A model generated the notes under the pieces. That model worked only from the letters and a program-made list of their open reading frames with translations, made no database searches and had not been told where the DNA came from. Shown here piece by piece: positions 48,320 to 58,172 of a stretch of DNA of 64,000 bases. A program made the position numbers and the translations under genes. The stretch lies in the IMG/VR virus record IMGVR_UViG_3300035670_000036; one strand, written 5' to 3'. Each line of letters opens with the position of its first letter. The stretch's first letter is position 1. The stretch is from an uncultured virus (IMG/VR IMGVR_UViG_3300035670_000036). Lineage: Duplodnaviria; Heunggongvirae; Uroviricota; Caudoviricetes.

Positions 48320-49360
48320 ATGTTACGTATTAGATTAGTTGATAGTGATAAGGGAAGGAATAGAGCTACATATAGAGGATTTTTGATGTATAAAAGATTG
48401 TTCAATGATGTAGGAATAGATTTTATTATTGCTGGGAGTAGTAAGGACAGTTGGGATATAAGCATTTTAGGTGACGAGTGTTTTATTAACCGGCGGGCGA
48501 AGTCTTTACAGGAGTCTATTGATTATGGATTGGAAAGATTACATGAGATAGATGGGAGATACATGCTATATGATGGTTCTGATTCTCCATCTATTTTAGG
48601 ATCTTATGAAGTATTTGAGAATAGCAATGCAGAGAGATTAATAAAGAATCAAATGTATGCTAAAGATGTATATAGCATTCCATCTCCATTGGGTAAAGAA
48701 TGGTGGAACATGTATGCCGGCCGGGAGGATAAGATTTCCTATGATGTAAAAAGATATGATGACATTGTTTTATCTGGTTATAATCTCGGGTACTATCATC
48801 CACAATACATTCAATTTGCGAATCATGAAGTAAAAAAAGAACATGATGTATTTGCAGTTTATCAAGCGGATCATAAGGAGAATTATGACTTTGGAATTCG
48901 CAACGATTTATATTATAGTAGACATAGAAAGCGGAGCTTGGACGAGTTGGATAAGTTGGATGGCACCTATAATGTCGTTTCTTGTAGGCTTCTTCCTGAA
49001 GATTATGTCATAGAATTGATGAAGAGTAAATGTGTTGTATCTCCTTTTGGCATGGGTGAGATATGTTTTAGAGATTTCGAGACATGGAATATGGGATGTA
49101 TATTGATTAAGCCTTTCATGGATAATGTCATTACTTATCCTAATCCTTACATAGATAGAGATACTTATTTTGCATGTAATAATAGTTGGGATGATTTAAA
49201 TGAGATTATTGATGTTGTATTATCATTGAACAATAATGAGGTTAGGGATATTAATAATCATGTGAGGAAGACACTTATTGATATGTATTCCCCGCAGAAT
49301 TTTGTAACACATTTTTATAATATTTTGGCAAACCTGAATGGAGTAACTAAAGAATCATGA
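48320..49360 (+). CDS. Putative GT-B glycosyltransferase
   Basis: C-terminal Y..ELMKSKCVVSPFGMGEICFRDFE....GCILIKP. Confidence 0.7.
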   Translation: MLRIRLVDSDKGRNRATYRGFLMYKRLFNDVGIDFIIAGSSKDSWDISILGDECFINRRAKSLQESIDYGLERLHEIDGRYMLYDGSDSPSILGSYEVFENSNAERLIKNQMYAKDVYSIPSPLGKEWWNMYAGREDKISYDVKRYDDIVLSGYNLGYYHPQYIQFANHEVKKEHDVFAVYQADHKENYDFGIRNDLYYSRHRKRSLDELDKLDGTYNVVSCRLLPEDYVIELMKSKCVVSPFGMGEICFRDFETWNMGCILIKPFMDNVITYPNPYIDRDTYFACNNSWDDLNEIIDVVLSLNNNEVRDINNHVRKTLIDMYSPQNFVTHFYNILANLNGVTKES

Positions 49361-50616
49361 ACAAATTTATAGAGATTTTAAGATCATGGGGAATTCAACT
49401 AAACCCCAACGAAAAACAAAGTAAACTAGCAGAGGCACGTATAGCAATATGCGATACCTGCGAACACAAAAAAACGTCTCCTACCATTCATTGTGGTGTA
49501 TGCGGATGTTTATTGAAAAGCAAGATATTTTCTCCGGTAGAAAATGCTTGTCCTGAAGGTAAATGGGCTGAAGTGGATAAGATTATGTCAAAGGAAATTA
49601 AGGAGTTGGCAGATCAAATACCTGAATATAATCCTCCACCGGTACCTGCCATGCAAGCTGCTCCACCATCTACTTTAAAATTTATTTGCGCACAGCCTGC
49701 CACTTTATATTATGCGTGGCAAGTAGAAGTTATGATTGAAAATTTCCTAGAAATGGGTGTAGATCCGTCGGCGATTAACATTGTTTGCGCGCTAGATGAA
49801 ACAAATACCATACCTCATCCCTGGTTTAAGATTATTATGAAATATAACTCGGTTAAATATTATTTTTACCCGGATACACGAAAATCTAAAAATTATATTT
49901 CTTCTATAAGACCTAATATTCTAAAACAACACTGGGAAAGGTATCCTGAGTTAGTTAATGACGTTATATTCTACCATGATTGTGATATAGTATTAACTAG
50001 GCCTATAAAAGAATGGATTAGTGATACTATGATACAGGATACTAACTGGTATGGTTCTGATTGTAATTCATATCTTTCTCATGACTATATAGACAGTAAA
50101 GGAATAGATATACTCAATTCCGTTTGTTCTATCGCTAATATACCTCAAGAAACCTTATTAGCAAACAATTACAATAACATAGGCGCACAATACATTCTAA
50201 AATTTATCACTTCTCATTTTTGGTTTGATGTAGAAAGAGATTCGGAGAATTTATTTAGGGATATCACTGCAATTAACAATTTAAAAAAGCAGGAAGACCC
50301 TAACTATGATGAACTTCAAATTTGGTGCGCGGACATGTGGGCAATATTATTTAACGGATGGAAGATGAATGCTAACACAATCGTACACGGCAACTTATCT
50401 TTTTCTTGGGCAACAGATGACGAAAATTCTTGGTACCGAAACAATATCTTCCATAACGCCGGAGTGGTTAAAGGAAATCCGGAGTTTTTCTGCAAAGCCG
50501 ATTATATAGATAAATTACCTTATAATGAAGAGGATTTATATAAATCCGGTACAGCGGGTAAAAAATACTGGGAATTGGTTCAACAAACAGGTAAGAATTC
50601 TTGTTTATTAGAGTAA
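49357..50616 (+). CDS. Cys-rich N-terminal domain fused to a GT-A domain resembling plant Hyp-O-arabinosyl / peptidyl-Ser galactosyl transferases (GT95/GT96)
   Basis: N-terminus CDTC...CGVCGC...CPEGKW, Pro-rich linker, then YYAWQ, NY..SIRPNIL..HW, FYHDCDIVLTRP, GAQYI, WCADMWA, IFHN. Confidence 0.6.
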   Translation: MNKFIEILRSWGIQLNPNEKQSKLAEARIAICDTCEHKKTSPTIHCGVCGCLLKSKIFSPVENACPEGKWAEVDKIMSKEIKELADQIPEYNPPPVPAMQAAPPSTLKFICAQPATLYYAWQVEVMIENFLEMGVDPSAINIVCALDETNTIPHPWFKIIMKYNSVKYYFYPDTRKSKNYISSIRPNILKQHWERYPELVNDVIFYHDCDIVLTRPIKEWISDTMIQDTNWYGSDCNSYLSHDYIDSKGIDILNSVCSIANIPQETLLANNYNNIGAQYILKFITSHFWFDVERDSENLFRDITAINNLKKQEDPNYDELQIWCADMWAILFNGWKMNANTIVHGNLSFSWATDDENSWYRNNIFHNAGVVKGNPEFFCKADYIDKLPYNEEDLYKSGTAGKKYWELVQQTGKNSCLLE

Positions 50617-50669
50617 TGTTATTTTTCTTTTGTCATATAACTATTATATATTAATTAGTTAATAATCTA

Positions 50670-50733
50670 GAATCGGTAGTTTAAGTAAAACAACAAAGTT
50701 ATTTGAGAGATGATGGAAAAGCCATCCCGATTT
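50670..50733 (+). ncRNA. Miniature tRNA-like cloverleaf (not a canonical tRNA)
   Basis: Acceptor-like GAATCGG/CCGATTT (7 bp), TA spacer, D-like GTTT/AAAC, CAAA/TTTG arm, T-like GATGG/CCATC abutting the acceptor. All loops are too short for a functional tRNA. Confidence 0.45.
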
Positions 50734-50748
50734 TTTTAAGTTTACTTT

Positions 50749-51246
50749 ATGGAGATTCGTGAAAATATGGATTTAAAATCTTTACCCGGAGAGATATGGA
50801 GACCTTTTCCAAATTATGAGGATTGGTATCAAGTATCTAACTTAGGAAGGGTAAAGAGAATGGACAGGTTATGCACGCAAAAGAGAAAAAGAGAAGATGG
50901 ATCTGAATACGACTATTCATCCTATACCTTAAAGGAGGCAATTCTAGCTCAATCTTTCACGACAGCAGGATATCTAATGATTAGATTCTCTTACCCAATA
51001 AAGGAGACCGGTGTTGTATCTAGGTTCAATGTGGCTATGCATAGAGCAGTAGCCATGGCTTTTATCCCAAATCCTAACAATCACCCACAAGTAAATCATA
51101 TAGACGGGGAAAAAACAAATAATACCGTATCTAACTTAGAGTGGTGCAATAATTCTAGGAATCAAATACATAGAAATTACATTTTAGAAAAAAAATCTAA
51201 GAGTAAATACTTAGGATATTTGATGAGAAATAAAAACAAATTATAG
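50749..51246 (+). mobile_element. Free-standing NUMOD4-HNH homing endonuclease gene
   Basis: EIWRP.P.YE..YQVSNLGRVK (NUMOD4); HRAVAMAFIPNP....QVNHIDGEKTNN.VSNLEW (HNH). Confidence 0.9.
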
Positions 51247-51249
51247 ATT

Positions 51250-52056
51250 ATGCAAAATGTTGTTTATTGGATTGGTGTCAAGAACAAAGATCCTCACATG
51301 AATGATAAACATGGCGGATTTAGTTATCTCGACGTATCTAGGAAAACATGGGAGTGGTGGTGTCAAAAAAATAATGTAGTTTTCGTACCTTATGAATTGT
51401 CCGACTATAACCCAGAAAAACCCGGAACCAAAGTTACTTGGCAGAGATGGTTTGACATGAAGAGAGTTATATCCGATAAAGGAATTACTCCTAATTGGAT
51501 ATGGGCAGTTGATGGATCTACTATGATAAGATGGGATGCACCCGCTCCTTGGGATGGACAAGAACTTAATCCGGAGATTATTTATGGTCATAGATCTTTA
51601 GAAAATCTATACTGGATAAATGAGGGAATACAAGGTTATAAAGATTTATTCTCCATAGTTTTTGATTTAAAAAAATATATATGCACTGGTAACGTTATCC
51701 TTAATTCTAAGAACTATGGTTTTCTATCTGACTTAGAAACTTTCTTTAAAGATAAAAACAAGGAGATTATGTTTTTAGAGAATGAAAGAATAAAAAGAGG
51801 TACAGATCAGCCTGTTTTTAATTACTTTCTACAGGACAATAATATTCCCTTTGACGTATGTACACTCAATCCTGCTTATATGCTTACACATTTAAATAGA
51901 TTTAATTGGATGAGTCATAATTGGCAAATAGGAAATAAGGATCCTTTCTTTATTAAATATGGATGGTTATGGATGTTTAGTGGATTTCCAACTAGAGGAG
52001 ACAGATATGAATTAATGGCAAAAACATGGGAGCTAGTAAAAAAATATTATGAGTAA
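51250..52056 (+). CDS. GT-A (GT8-like) glycosyltransferase
   Basis: W..WC.KN, YICTG..I.N, GTDQPVFNY; paralogous to the next gene; DxD appears degenerate (VDGS). Confidence 0.6.
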   Translation: MQNVVYWIGVKNKDPHMNDKHGGFSYLDVSRKTWEWWCQKNNVVFVPYELSDYNPEKPGTKVTWQRWFDMKRVISDKGITPNWIWAVDGSTMIRWDAPAPWDGQELNPEIIYGHRSLENLYWINEGIQGYKDLFSIVFDLKKYICTGNVILNSKNYGFLSDLETFFKDKNKEIMFLENERIKRGTDQPVFNYFLQDNNIPFDVCTLNPAYMLTHLNRFNWMSHNWQIGNKDPFFIKYGWLWMFSGFPTRGDRYELMAKTWELVKKYYE

Positions 52057-52789
52057 AGATATAGTTGTACAAATAGCGATAAATAAATCAGAGAGGTCCG
52101 CTAATCAAGGATACTCTATAAGCTCAAAATCCTGGAAAAAGTGGTGCGATGCAAATAATGTGGAATTATTCTCTATTTCCGATGAGGTTGTTTCTGACTT
52201 AGGATATCAATGGAATAAGTTATTCATCCTAAATCTACTAGATATAGAGGAAATTGATTATAACAGAGTTTTATATGTAGATTCTGACACTATAGTACAT
52301 CCCAAGATGCCTTATATATTTGATTTAGTAGGAGATAAATTCGGAGTAGTTAGAAATTTCGGATGTATGGATTGGGTATGCAGGAGTATTGAAAATTGTT
52401 CCGATGTCCTGTTTAATAAGTCTGTATCTGTAAGTCCTTTCCGGTACTTTAATTCTGGAGTTATGGTATTCAATAAATCCCATAAAAAATTTTTCGAGTT
52501 GGTAAAAGATTTTTACTCGGAGAATAAAGGTAAACTAGAGGACTTTCAATCTCTTGGAGTAGGTAAAGATCAACCTATTTTAAATTATTTAACGGAAATT
52601 CACAATATAGAAAAAGAGTATCTGCCTTACGAGTATAACATGCAGGACATGAGTAGATTTGAGGTCCTTACTCCGGATATGCTCCACACGACTTTTGGTT
52701 GGATTTATCATTTTAATGGCGGAGTTAAGCCAACTCCCGGCCACTGGATGCAAGAAACTTTTAATTTCCTAAATAGCAAATATGACTAG
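52049..52789 (+). CDS. GT8-like glycosyltransferase
   Basis: WNKLF, RVLYVDSDT, YFNSGVMVFN, DQPILNY, LPYEYN, IYHFNG. Confidence 0.85.
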   Translation: MSKDIVVQIAINKSERSANQGYSISSKSWKKWCDANNVELFSISDEVVSDLGYQWNKLFILNLLDIEEIDYNRVLYVDSDTIVHPKMPYIFDLVGDKFGVVRNFGCMDWVCRSIENCSDVLFNKSVSVSPFRYFNSGVMVFNKSHKKFFELVKDFYSENKGKLEDFQSLGVGKDQPILNYLTEIHNIEKEYLPYEYNMQDMSRFEVLTPDMLHTTFGWIYHFNGGVKPTPGHWMQETFNFLNSKYD

Positions 52790-53822
52790 GTTAAAGTATA
52801 AATATGTTATAGGCACTAATGTTATGTTTTATGAAATAGACATGTTGCCTTATTTAGTAGAAAGTATAATAGACTCGGTAAAAGATATAGAAAATCAAGA
52901 AAATATCTACATAGATTTACTGCTAAATACTAACGAGTCTTTTGAAATATGCGAAAGCAAGCCTAGATTAACTGAGATAACATGGAAATTCATGAAAATA
53001 ATCAGTTTACTAAAGGAAAAAACAAAATGTAATATAATTCAAACTGATTTACCAGAGGATACGGGCGAACCTTACACCATGGTAAATTACCGAAGAGATT
53101 TAAATTATAGATATGCTAATAAAGTAGATTGGGTTATTTGGGGAGAAACTGATTGCTTAGTACCTCATTGTGCTTTTAGGATATTAGACGAACTAAGAGA
53201 GGCTGCTGCTTTAGATAATTGTTACAGGTATATCACTACATTTGCTGATAGGAAAATGTGGGATGCTTCATGGGAGCCTTTAGAACATATCGAATTTAAA
53301 AATCTACCATATTATGAAAAATCAGATCCTAGATGTTTTACTGAAAAACATTCTATAAGATATGTTATGACTAAAGATGAAATGGATGAGATAAATAAAA
53401 AATATGAGTCACATGATGAGGTAGAGGTGTTATATCATCCTAAATTTGATGGAAGTTTTTTATGCATAAGTTCTGATTTAATAAAAGCGGGAGCAAATAT
53501 TCCGTTAGGATTCTGGGGATTAAGTGGCGAAGATACTGCCTTTATGTATGAATGTATGAAAGTCATGGATAAAATGTACGTACAGTATGTAGTAGAATAC
53601 ATACTTAAGGCACATAATAGGGAGCACCCGGAAAAAAGAAAATATGCACTATCTGTATTCGATAAGACAGAAAGCACGCAAGAGAAAAAAGGAGAATGGT
53701 ATAACATCGTAAGAGATATGAACCGAGAGAATCTAAATAAGCTCTACGACGGACGTAGCAAGCAAAGTAAATTAAACACCTATCAAGATTTCTTAAATAA
53801 AATGAAAGAACATGGCATCTGA
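52782..53822 (+). CDS. Putative GT-A (GT2-like) glycosyltransferase
   Basis: DWVIWGETDC, GSFLCIS, GFWGLSGEDTAF, H. Confidence 0.6.
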   Translation: MTRLKYKYVIGTNVMFYEIDMLPYLVESIIDSVKDIENQENIYIDLLLNTNESFEICESKPRLTEITWKFMKIISLLKEKTKCNIIQTDLPEDTGEPYTMVNYRRDLNYRYANKVDWVIWGETDCLVPHCAFRILDELREAAALDNCYRYITTFADRKMWDASWEPLEHIEFKNLPYYEKSDPRCFTEKHSIRYVMTKDEMDEINKKYESHDEVEVLYHPKFDGSFLCISSDLIKAGANIPLGFWGLSGEDTAFMYECMKVMDKMYVQYVVEYILKAHNREHPEKRKYALSVFDKTESTQEKKGEWYNIVRDMNRENLNKLYDGRSKQSKLNTYQDFLNKMKEHGI

Positions 53823-54729
53823 TGATATGAAAAAAACTCTAAATGATTTAGAGAAAAGTCTAAAAAAGATAAAGATACATGAAAAAAATATAAAAAAGCT
53901 AGCCAATAATATTTCTAAATCGGAGAAGGATTTCCAGAAAAAAAATTCGGTTAGTGATTTTAAGGTAGATAAAAATTCTTATGTATTTCCAGCCGGACTA
54001 GTCTCGTATAAGAAAATATCAGATGTGGATTTTTCAGGATTTTTTGGATCTTCTGAATCAGATGAAAATTTGACTAGGAGAAAAGCTAAGAAATTAACTG
54101 ATAAAAAATTTATGGACAAAAAAACAGAGAGAGAATACCGGTTATTGGCATATATGAGTGGTATACCTCCTGAAACACCCGTATCAGATATAAAAAAAGT
54201 TATCATTGAGAAAAAAAGTAACGGAAAGACTACATTTACTTTTGAGTCTAAGAAATACGATATTGCTAGAGAGTATGATTTAAGCACCGGAACTTTAACT
54301 AATAAATTTATAAACGTAGCAAACAAAGGAGGTGAGGATATTTCAGGGGCCGGTTTAAATATTCTAGTAAGACAAATTGCCAATCTAAAAGCCTTTGGCA
54401 AAATTAGAAAAATAGAAGGGGAGTTTTTAAAAGCGGAAAATCTTTTTGGTTATTATGTTTTTTTAAGATATGGATTTATTCCTGACAGAGTAGCACAAAG
54501 TAATTACAGGGATGTAATGGATGAGTATAACAGTATTCACCCTAATGACAATGTAAAAAAGATAGAGGATTTTTTAAAGTCAGAAACAGGTAGAAAATTC
54601 TGGAAGGAGAAAGGAGGCGACTGGGATGGGTATTTTGATTTATCAGATAACTCATACAGCATGAAAGTACTAGAAGATTACGTTAAAAATAAGATTGATA
54701 AAGACCTGTTCAACTTAACATTTAAATAA
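53812..54729 (+). CDS. Hypothetical protein with a possible GNAT-like fold in the C-terminal half
   Basis: SGAGLNIL..Q....K..G...KI followed by GYYVFLRYGF. Confidence 0.4.
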   Translation: MASDDMKKTLNDLEKSLKKIKIHEKNIKKLANNISKSEKDFQKKNSVSDFKVDKNSYVFPAGLVSYKKISDVDFSGFFGSSESDENLTRRKAKKLTDKKFMDKKTEREYRLLAYMSGIPPETPVSDIKKVIIEKKSNGKTTFTFESKKYDIAREYDLSTGTLTNKFINVANKGGEDISGAGLNILVRQIANLKAFGKIRKIEGEFLKAENLFGYYVFLRYGFIPDRVAQSNYRDVMDEYNSIHPNDNVKKIEDFLKSETGRKFWKEKGGDWDGYFDLSDNSYSMKVLEDYVKNKIDKDLFNLTFK

Positions 54730-54731
54730 CT

Positions 54732-54986
54732 ATGGAAGAAAAATTACAACTAGTACAAAGAACTTTAAGAGATCTCGTAAGGTTTAATAATGATAAAGAA
54801 GATATAAATTTAGATGTCGCGCTTATATTAGCCTCAAATGATGATGAATTGATAGACGAGTTTAGAAAGATGTACTATCATAGAAATTTTAAGTGGGTGA
54901 ATGATATAGACAATGAAATAGCTGATATTTTGTTTGAGATATACGGTTTATATTTTGACGAAACAACAGACGATGAAAATATTTAA
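54732..54986 (+). CDS. Hypothetical acidic protein
   Basis: 84-aa ORF in the operon. Confidence 0.6.
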   Translation: MEEKLQLVQRTLRDLVRFNNDKEDINLDVALILASNDDELIDEFRKMYYHRNFKWVNDIDNEIADILFEIYGLYFDETTDDENI

Positions 54987-54998
54987 ATAGATTATAAC

Positions 54999-55652
54999 AT
55001 GGGTTACATTTTACCAGCCTTTTATCAGGCAATCGCGCAAGAAAAACTTAGGAGGCCCTGTCCTAAAATATTTGTGGAGACAGGGACTTTTAAAGGAGGG
55101 TCAGCACTTACGGCACTTCGACACAATGGAAACTTAGATGATTTTGACAAATGGGTTACTGTAGAATTAGGTGACTCTATCTCTAAAATAGCATCTAACC
55201 GGTTCAAAAAATTAGAAGAGAAAGGAGAATTTTTTGAAGCTATTTTAACAGACGACACAGAAGATACTGATTTCAACGAAGTAGGTTCTTATTTCTCTGA
55301 AAAACTTTGGTTATATAAGAATGATAGCGTATCTTTCCTACGTGAATTTTTGAAGGATAGAGAAGAGCCTATGTGCTTTTGGCTAGACGCTCACGCAGGT
55401 GCCGACAAATACGCGAGAGGAGAAGACGACGTTCCACTCCTAAAAGAACTCGAGCTTATCTTTGAATCCGCCCAGGAAAATGATTTAATTGCTATTGACG
55501 ACGCTCATTTATTTGGGACTAACCAAGATGGAAAATGCGATTATACAGGCATTACATTAGAGACAATCAAGAATCTTTCTAATTCTTACGGATATTCTGT
55601 TTATGCCTCTAGCCCTTATAACATGGAAATGCTAATAATTTTTCAAGAATGA
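54999..55652 (+). CDS. Class I SAM-dependent methyltransferase-like protein
   Basis: FVETGTFKGGS, TVEL, DSVSFL, FWLDAH, PLLKEL, IAIDDA. Confidence 0.75.
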   Translation: MGYILPAFYQAIAQEKLRRPCPKIFVETGTFKGGSALTALRHNGNLDDFDKWVTVELGDSISKIASNRFKKLEEKGEFFEAILTDDTEDTDFNEVGSYFSEKLWLYKNDSVSFLREFLKDREEPMCFWLDAHAGADKYARGEDDVPLLKELELIFESAQENDLIAIDDAHLFGTNQDGKCDYTGITLETIKNLSNSYGYSVYASSPYNMEMLIIFQE

Positions 55653-56578
55653 GAATTTTAATTATACACCAACCATATCCCATGGGTAATTATAAGTTAT
55701 CAGAAACATTGGGAAAAAAATTACATGAGAAAGGACATGAAGTTATTCTGCTGCATCAATTAAACATGTCAAAAATAGATGCTAAACATGCAGAAAAATA
55801 TAAGAATAACATTGATGAAATAGATCCGGATGTCATTTATTATGAAATGTTAGATGCAGCTACATTTGAGATAATTAAAAATGTAAAATGTAGAAATAGA
55901 ATATTATGTGCAACATCTAACGGAATTTTAGGATATGAAGGCATTGTAAAAGGATGGGGGGTTTATTATGACAAGATAATCACCAATTCTAAAAAGATGT
56001 ATGATGAATTATTTACTAATGTTTGTGCTGAACACTTTGAATATTATTTTTTAGCTATTGAGGATTCTGAATTAGTTTATAATCCAAAGTATGATAAGAA
56101 GAATGTATTTTTAGGAATGGGATTTAACAGGCTTACAGATGATTCATATAAACTAGAAAGGGATATATTTTTCTCGGAGCAAAATGATGTAATATCTATT
56201 TATGGTAATGGATGGAATAATCATAAAAACTGGATTGAGCTTCTCCCGCCAAATGATATAGGGTCATTATATAAATCTGCAAAAAGTGCTGTGGCTATTA
56301 TAGGTAAAGGCCAAAGAGAATTAGGCATGATAAATAATAGATATTCCGAGATTGCTTTCTCAAGATGTCCTATTGTAACTTATCCTTATGATATTGATTT
56401 TTATGGCGCGGCTTCATTTATGAATTTTGCATCATCTCCATCTGAACATCATAAAGTTGTCTCCGATATTAATAGAAATCCGGATAAATATCATTATAAG
56501 TGTAACCTTTTTAAGGAGTTTATTGTTAATCAAGATAATGTATTTTACCAAAAACTAACAAGATTATTTTATGTATAA
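55649..56578 (+). CDS. Putative GT-B glycosyltransferase (YkvP/CgeB-like)
   Basis: MRILII, GHEV, IYGNGW, LYKSAK, MINNRYSEIA....PIVT. Confidence 0.7.
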   Translation: MRILIIHQPYPMGNYKLSETLGKKLHEKGHEVILLHQLNMSKIDAKHAEKYKNNIDEIDPDVIYYEMLDAATFEIIKNVKCRNRILCATSNGILGYEGIVKGWGVYYDKIITNSKKMYDELFTNVCAEHFEYYFLAIEDSELVYNPKYDKKNVFLGMGFNRLTDDSYKLERDIFFSEQNDVISIYGNGWNNHKNWIELLPPNDIGSLYKSAKSAVAIIGKGQRELGMINNRYSEIAFSRCPIVTYPYDIDFYGAASFMNFASSPSEHHKVVSDINRNPDKYHYKCNLFKEFIVNQDNVFYQKLTRLFYV

Positions 56579-57158
56579 CTATGAAGAAATCCTACAAGGG
56601 ATACCGGACAAAAAAGAGAATAAGAACACGACTTCTCATAAATTTAAAAAAGATTTATTGGAGTTCTTTTCCGATAAATCAATTAAGACGTGTTTAGAAA
56701 TAGGCGCTAATTGGGGATATACCACTAGAGTGTTGTCTTATGTTGCAGAAAAAGTTTATGCTATAGACCATTCTGATGATAATATTAAGAGAGTGATTGA
56801 AAATAATAGAGGTAGAAAAAATATATCATGTATAGTTGGGGATGCTTATTCTAACATGACTTACATGACGATAACTGATGAAATAGATTTATGCTTTATA
56901 GATTGTGTACATGATTATTCAAATGTAAAAGAAGATATAGAAAGATGTCTTAGAATGAAGAGGGAGGAAAAGGATTTATACATTGCATTTGATGATTATG
57001 GACATCCTACGTCAAAGGGTGTAAAAAGAGCAGTGGATGAAACCGTTGATCTTAAAAGAATGGAGATTGTTAAGCATATCGGGCATGAGGCAGGTTATAA
57101 TGTTTTTAATAGCGTGATTTTAGTGGATAGCGAAGGAGTCATTTGTAAAGTTCTGTAA
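56571..57158 (+). CDS. Class I SAM-dependent methyltransferase (Methyltransf_24-like)
   Basis: CLEIGANWGYTT, VYAID, GDA, DLCFIDCVHDY..VKED, IAFDDY...GVKRAV. Confidence 0.85.
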   Translation: MYNYEEILQGIPDKKENKNTTSHKFKKDLLEFFSDKSIKTCLEIGANWGYTTRVLSYVAEKVYAIDHSDDNIKRVIENNRGRKNISCIVGDAYSNMTYMTITDEIDLCFIDCVHDYSNVKEDIERCLRMKREEKDLYIAFDDYGHPTSKGVKRAVDETVDLKRMEIVKHIGHEAGYNVFNSVILVDSEGVICKVL

Positions 57159-57161
57159 TAT

Positions 57162-58172
57162 ATGAAAATAGCTATAATATCCGAAATAGGCAATTTTGTC
57201 AAATTCCCTAGAAATTTCCACAACGCAAGAACTGATGTTGCATGGTCAATTGCTTTAGATGCATTAAACGTCCCTTCTGACACCAAGCTAATAAAGCAGT
57301 ACATAGAAAGTACTCCATCTTTTAAGAAAGTGGATTTAGCTATTATTATTCCAGGCAAAAAAGACCCTTTCTTAGAAGTAGAATTTATTAAGGAATACTT
57401 TGCTAAGAAAGTCTGTATGATGCAGGAAGGACCCAACTGGTACTGGCAGGATTATGACGTAGAAACTCAAATAAATTTCTATAACGCGCTTAGAACTTGT
57501 GACTTTCTACTTTGCCATAATGCATCGGATTATAAATACTACAAAGGAATTACTAATTTAGAGTGTCTAGTTATGCCATCTCTAATGATTGAAGATACTT
57601 TGAAGCACATAGTATCTAAGAAATATCAAGCAGAGGGTATTGTAATTGGAGGTAATTCCTGTTCTTGGTATGGTGGAATGGATTCCTTCCTAACAGCACT
57701 AAGCGGGAGGAAATCTTTCTCAAAAGCAGAATCTGAAGGCTCTCCATTGATTCCTATATTCGCTCCTTCAATGGGTAGAAAGAAAGGAGAAGAGGACCTA
57801 ATTCCAGATATCAACCATCTTCCTTACATGGACTGGACTTATTTTATCGAAACACTGGCAGATAAGGCTAAGATTGGCATTCACTTGATGAGAACTCACG
57901 CGGCCGGTACCTTTGCCTTAAATTGTTCATATCTAGGCATTCCCTGTATTGGATACAGAGGCCTAGACACCCAGGAGTACCTACATCCCTATACTACCGT
58001 AGAACTAGGAGATGTAAAAGCGGCAGGGGAAATGGTTAGAAAATTAGCAGATCCCACTTTCTATAATACATGTTCCGAAGAGACTTTGTTCTTGTATAAG
58101 GAAAACTACCATGAAGATGTATTTAAAAAACGTTTTATAAACAAACTTAATAATCTAGTAAATGAAAATTAG
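57162..58172 (+). CDS. Putative GT-B glycosyltransferase
   Basis: C-terminal GIHLM...AAGTFALNCSYLGIPCIG resembles a GT-B nucleotide-sugar binding segment; GT-island context. Confidence 0.55.
   Translation: MKIAIISEIGNFVKFPRNFHNARTDVAWSIALDALNVPSDTKLIKQYIESTPSFKKVDLAIIIPGKKDPFLEVEFIKEYFAKKVCMMQEGPNWYWQDYDVETQINFYNALRTCDFLLCHNASDYKYYKGITNLECLVMPSLMIEDTLKHIVSKKYQAEGIVIGGNSCSWYGGMDSFLTALSGRKSFSKAESEGSPLIPIFAPSMGRKKGEEDLIPDINHLPYMDWTYFIETLADKAKIGIHLMRTHAAGTFALNCSYLGIPCIGYRGLDTQEYLHPYTTVELGDVKAAGEMVRKLADPTFYNTCSEETLFLYKENYHEDVFKKRFINKLNNLVNEN

Noticed and set aside
50670..50733. Functional canonical tRNA
   Set aside because: No 7-nt anticodon loop, no TTC loop and no CCA; kept only as a tRNA-like element.
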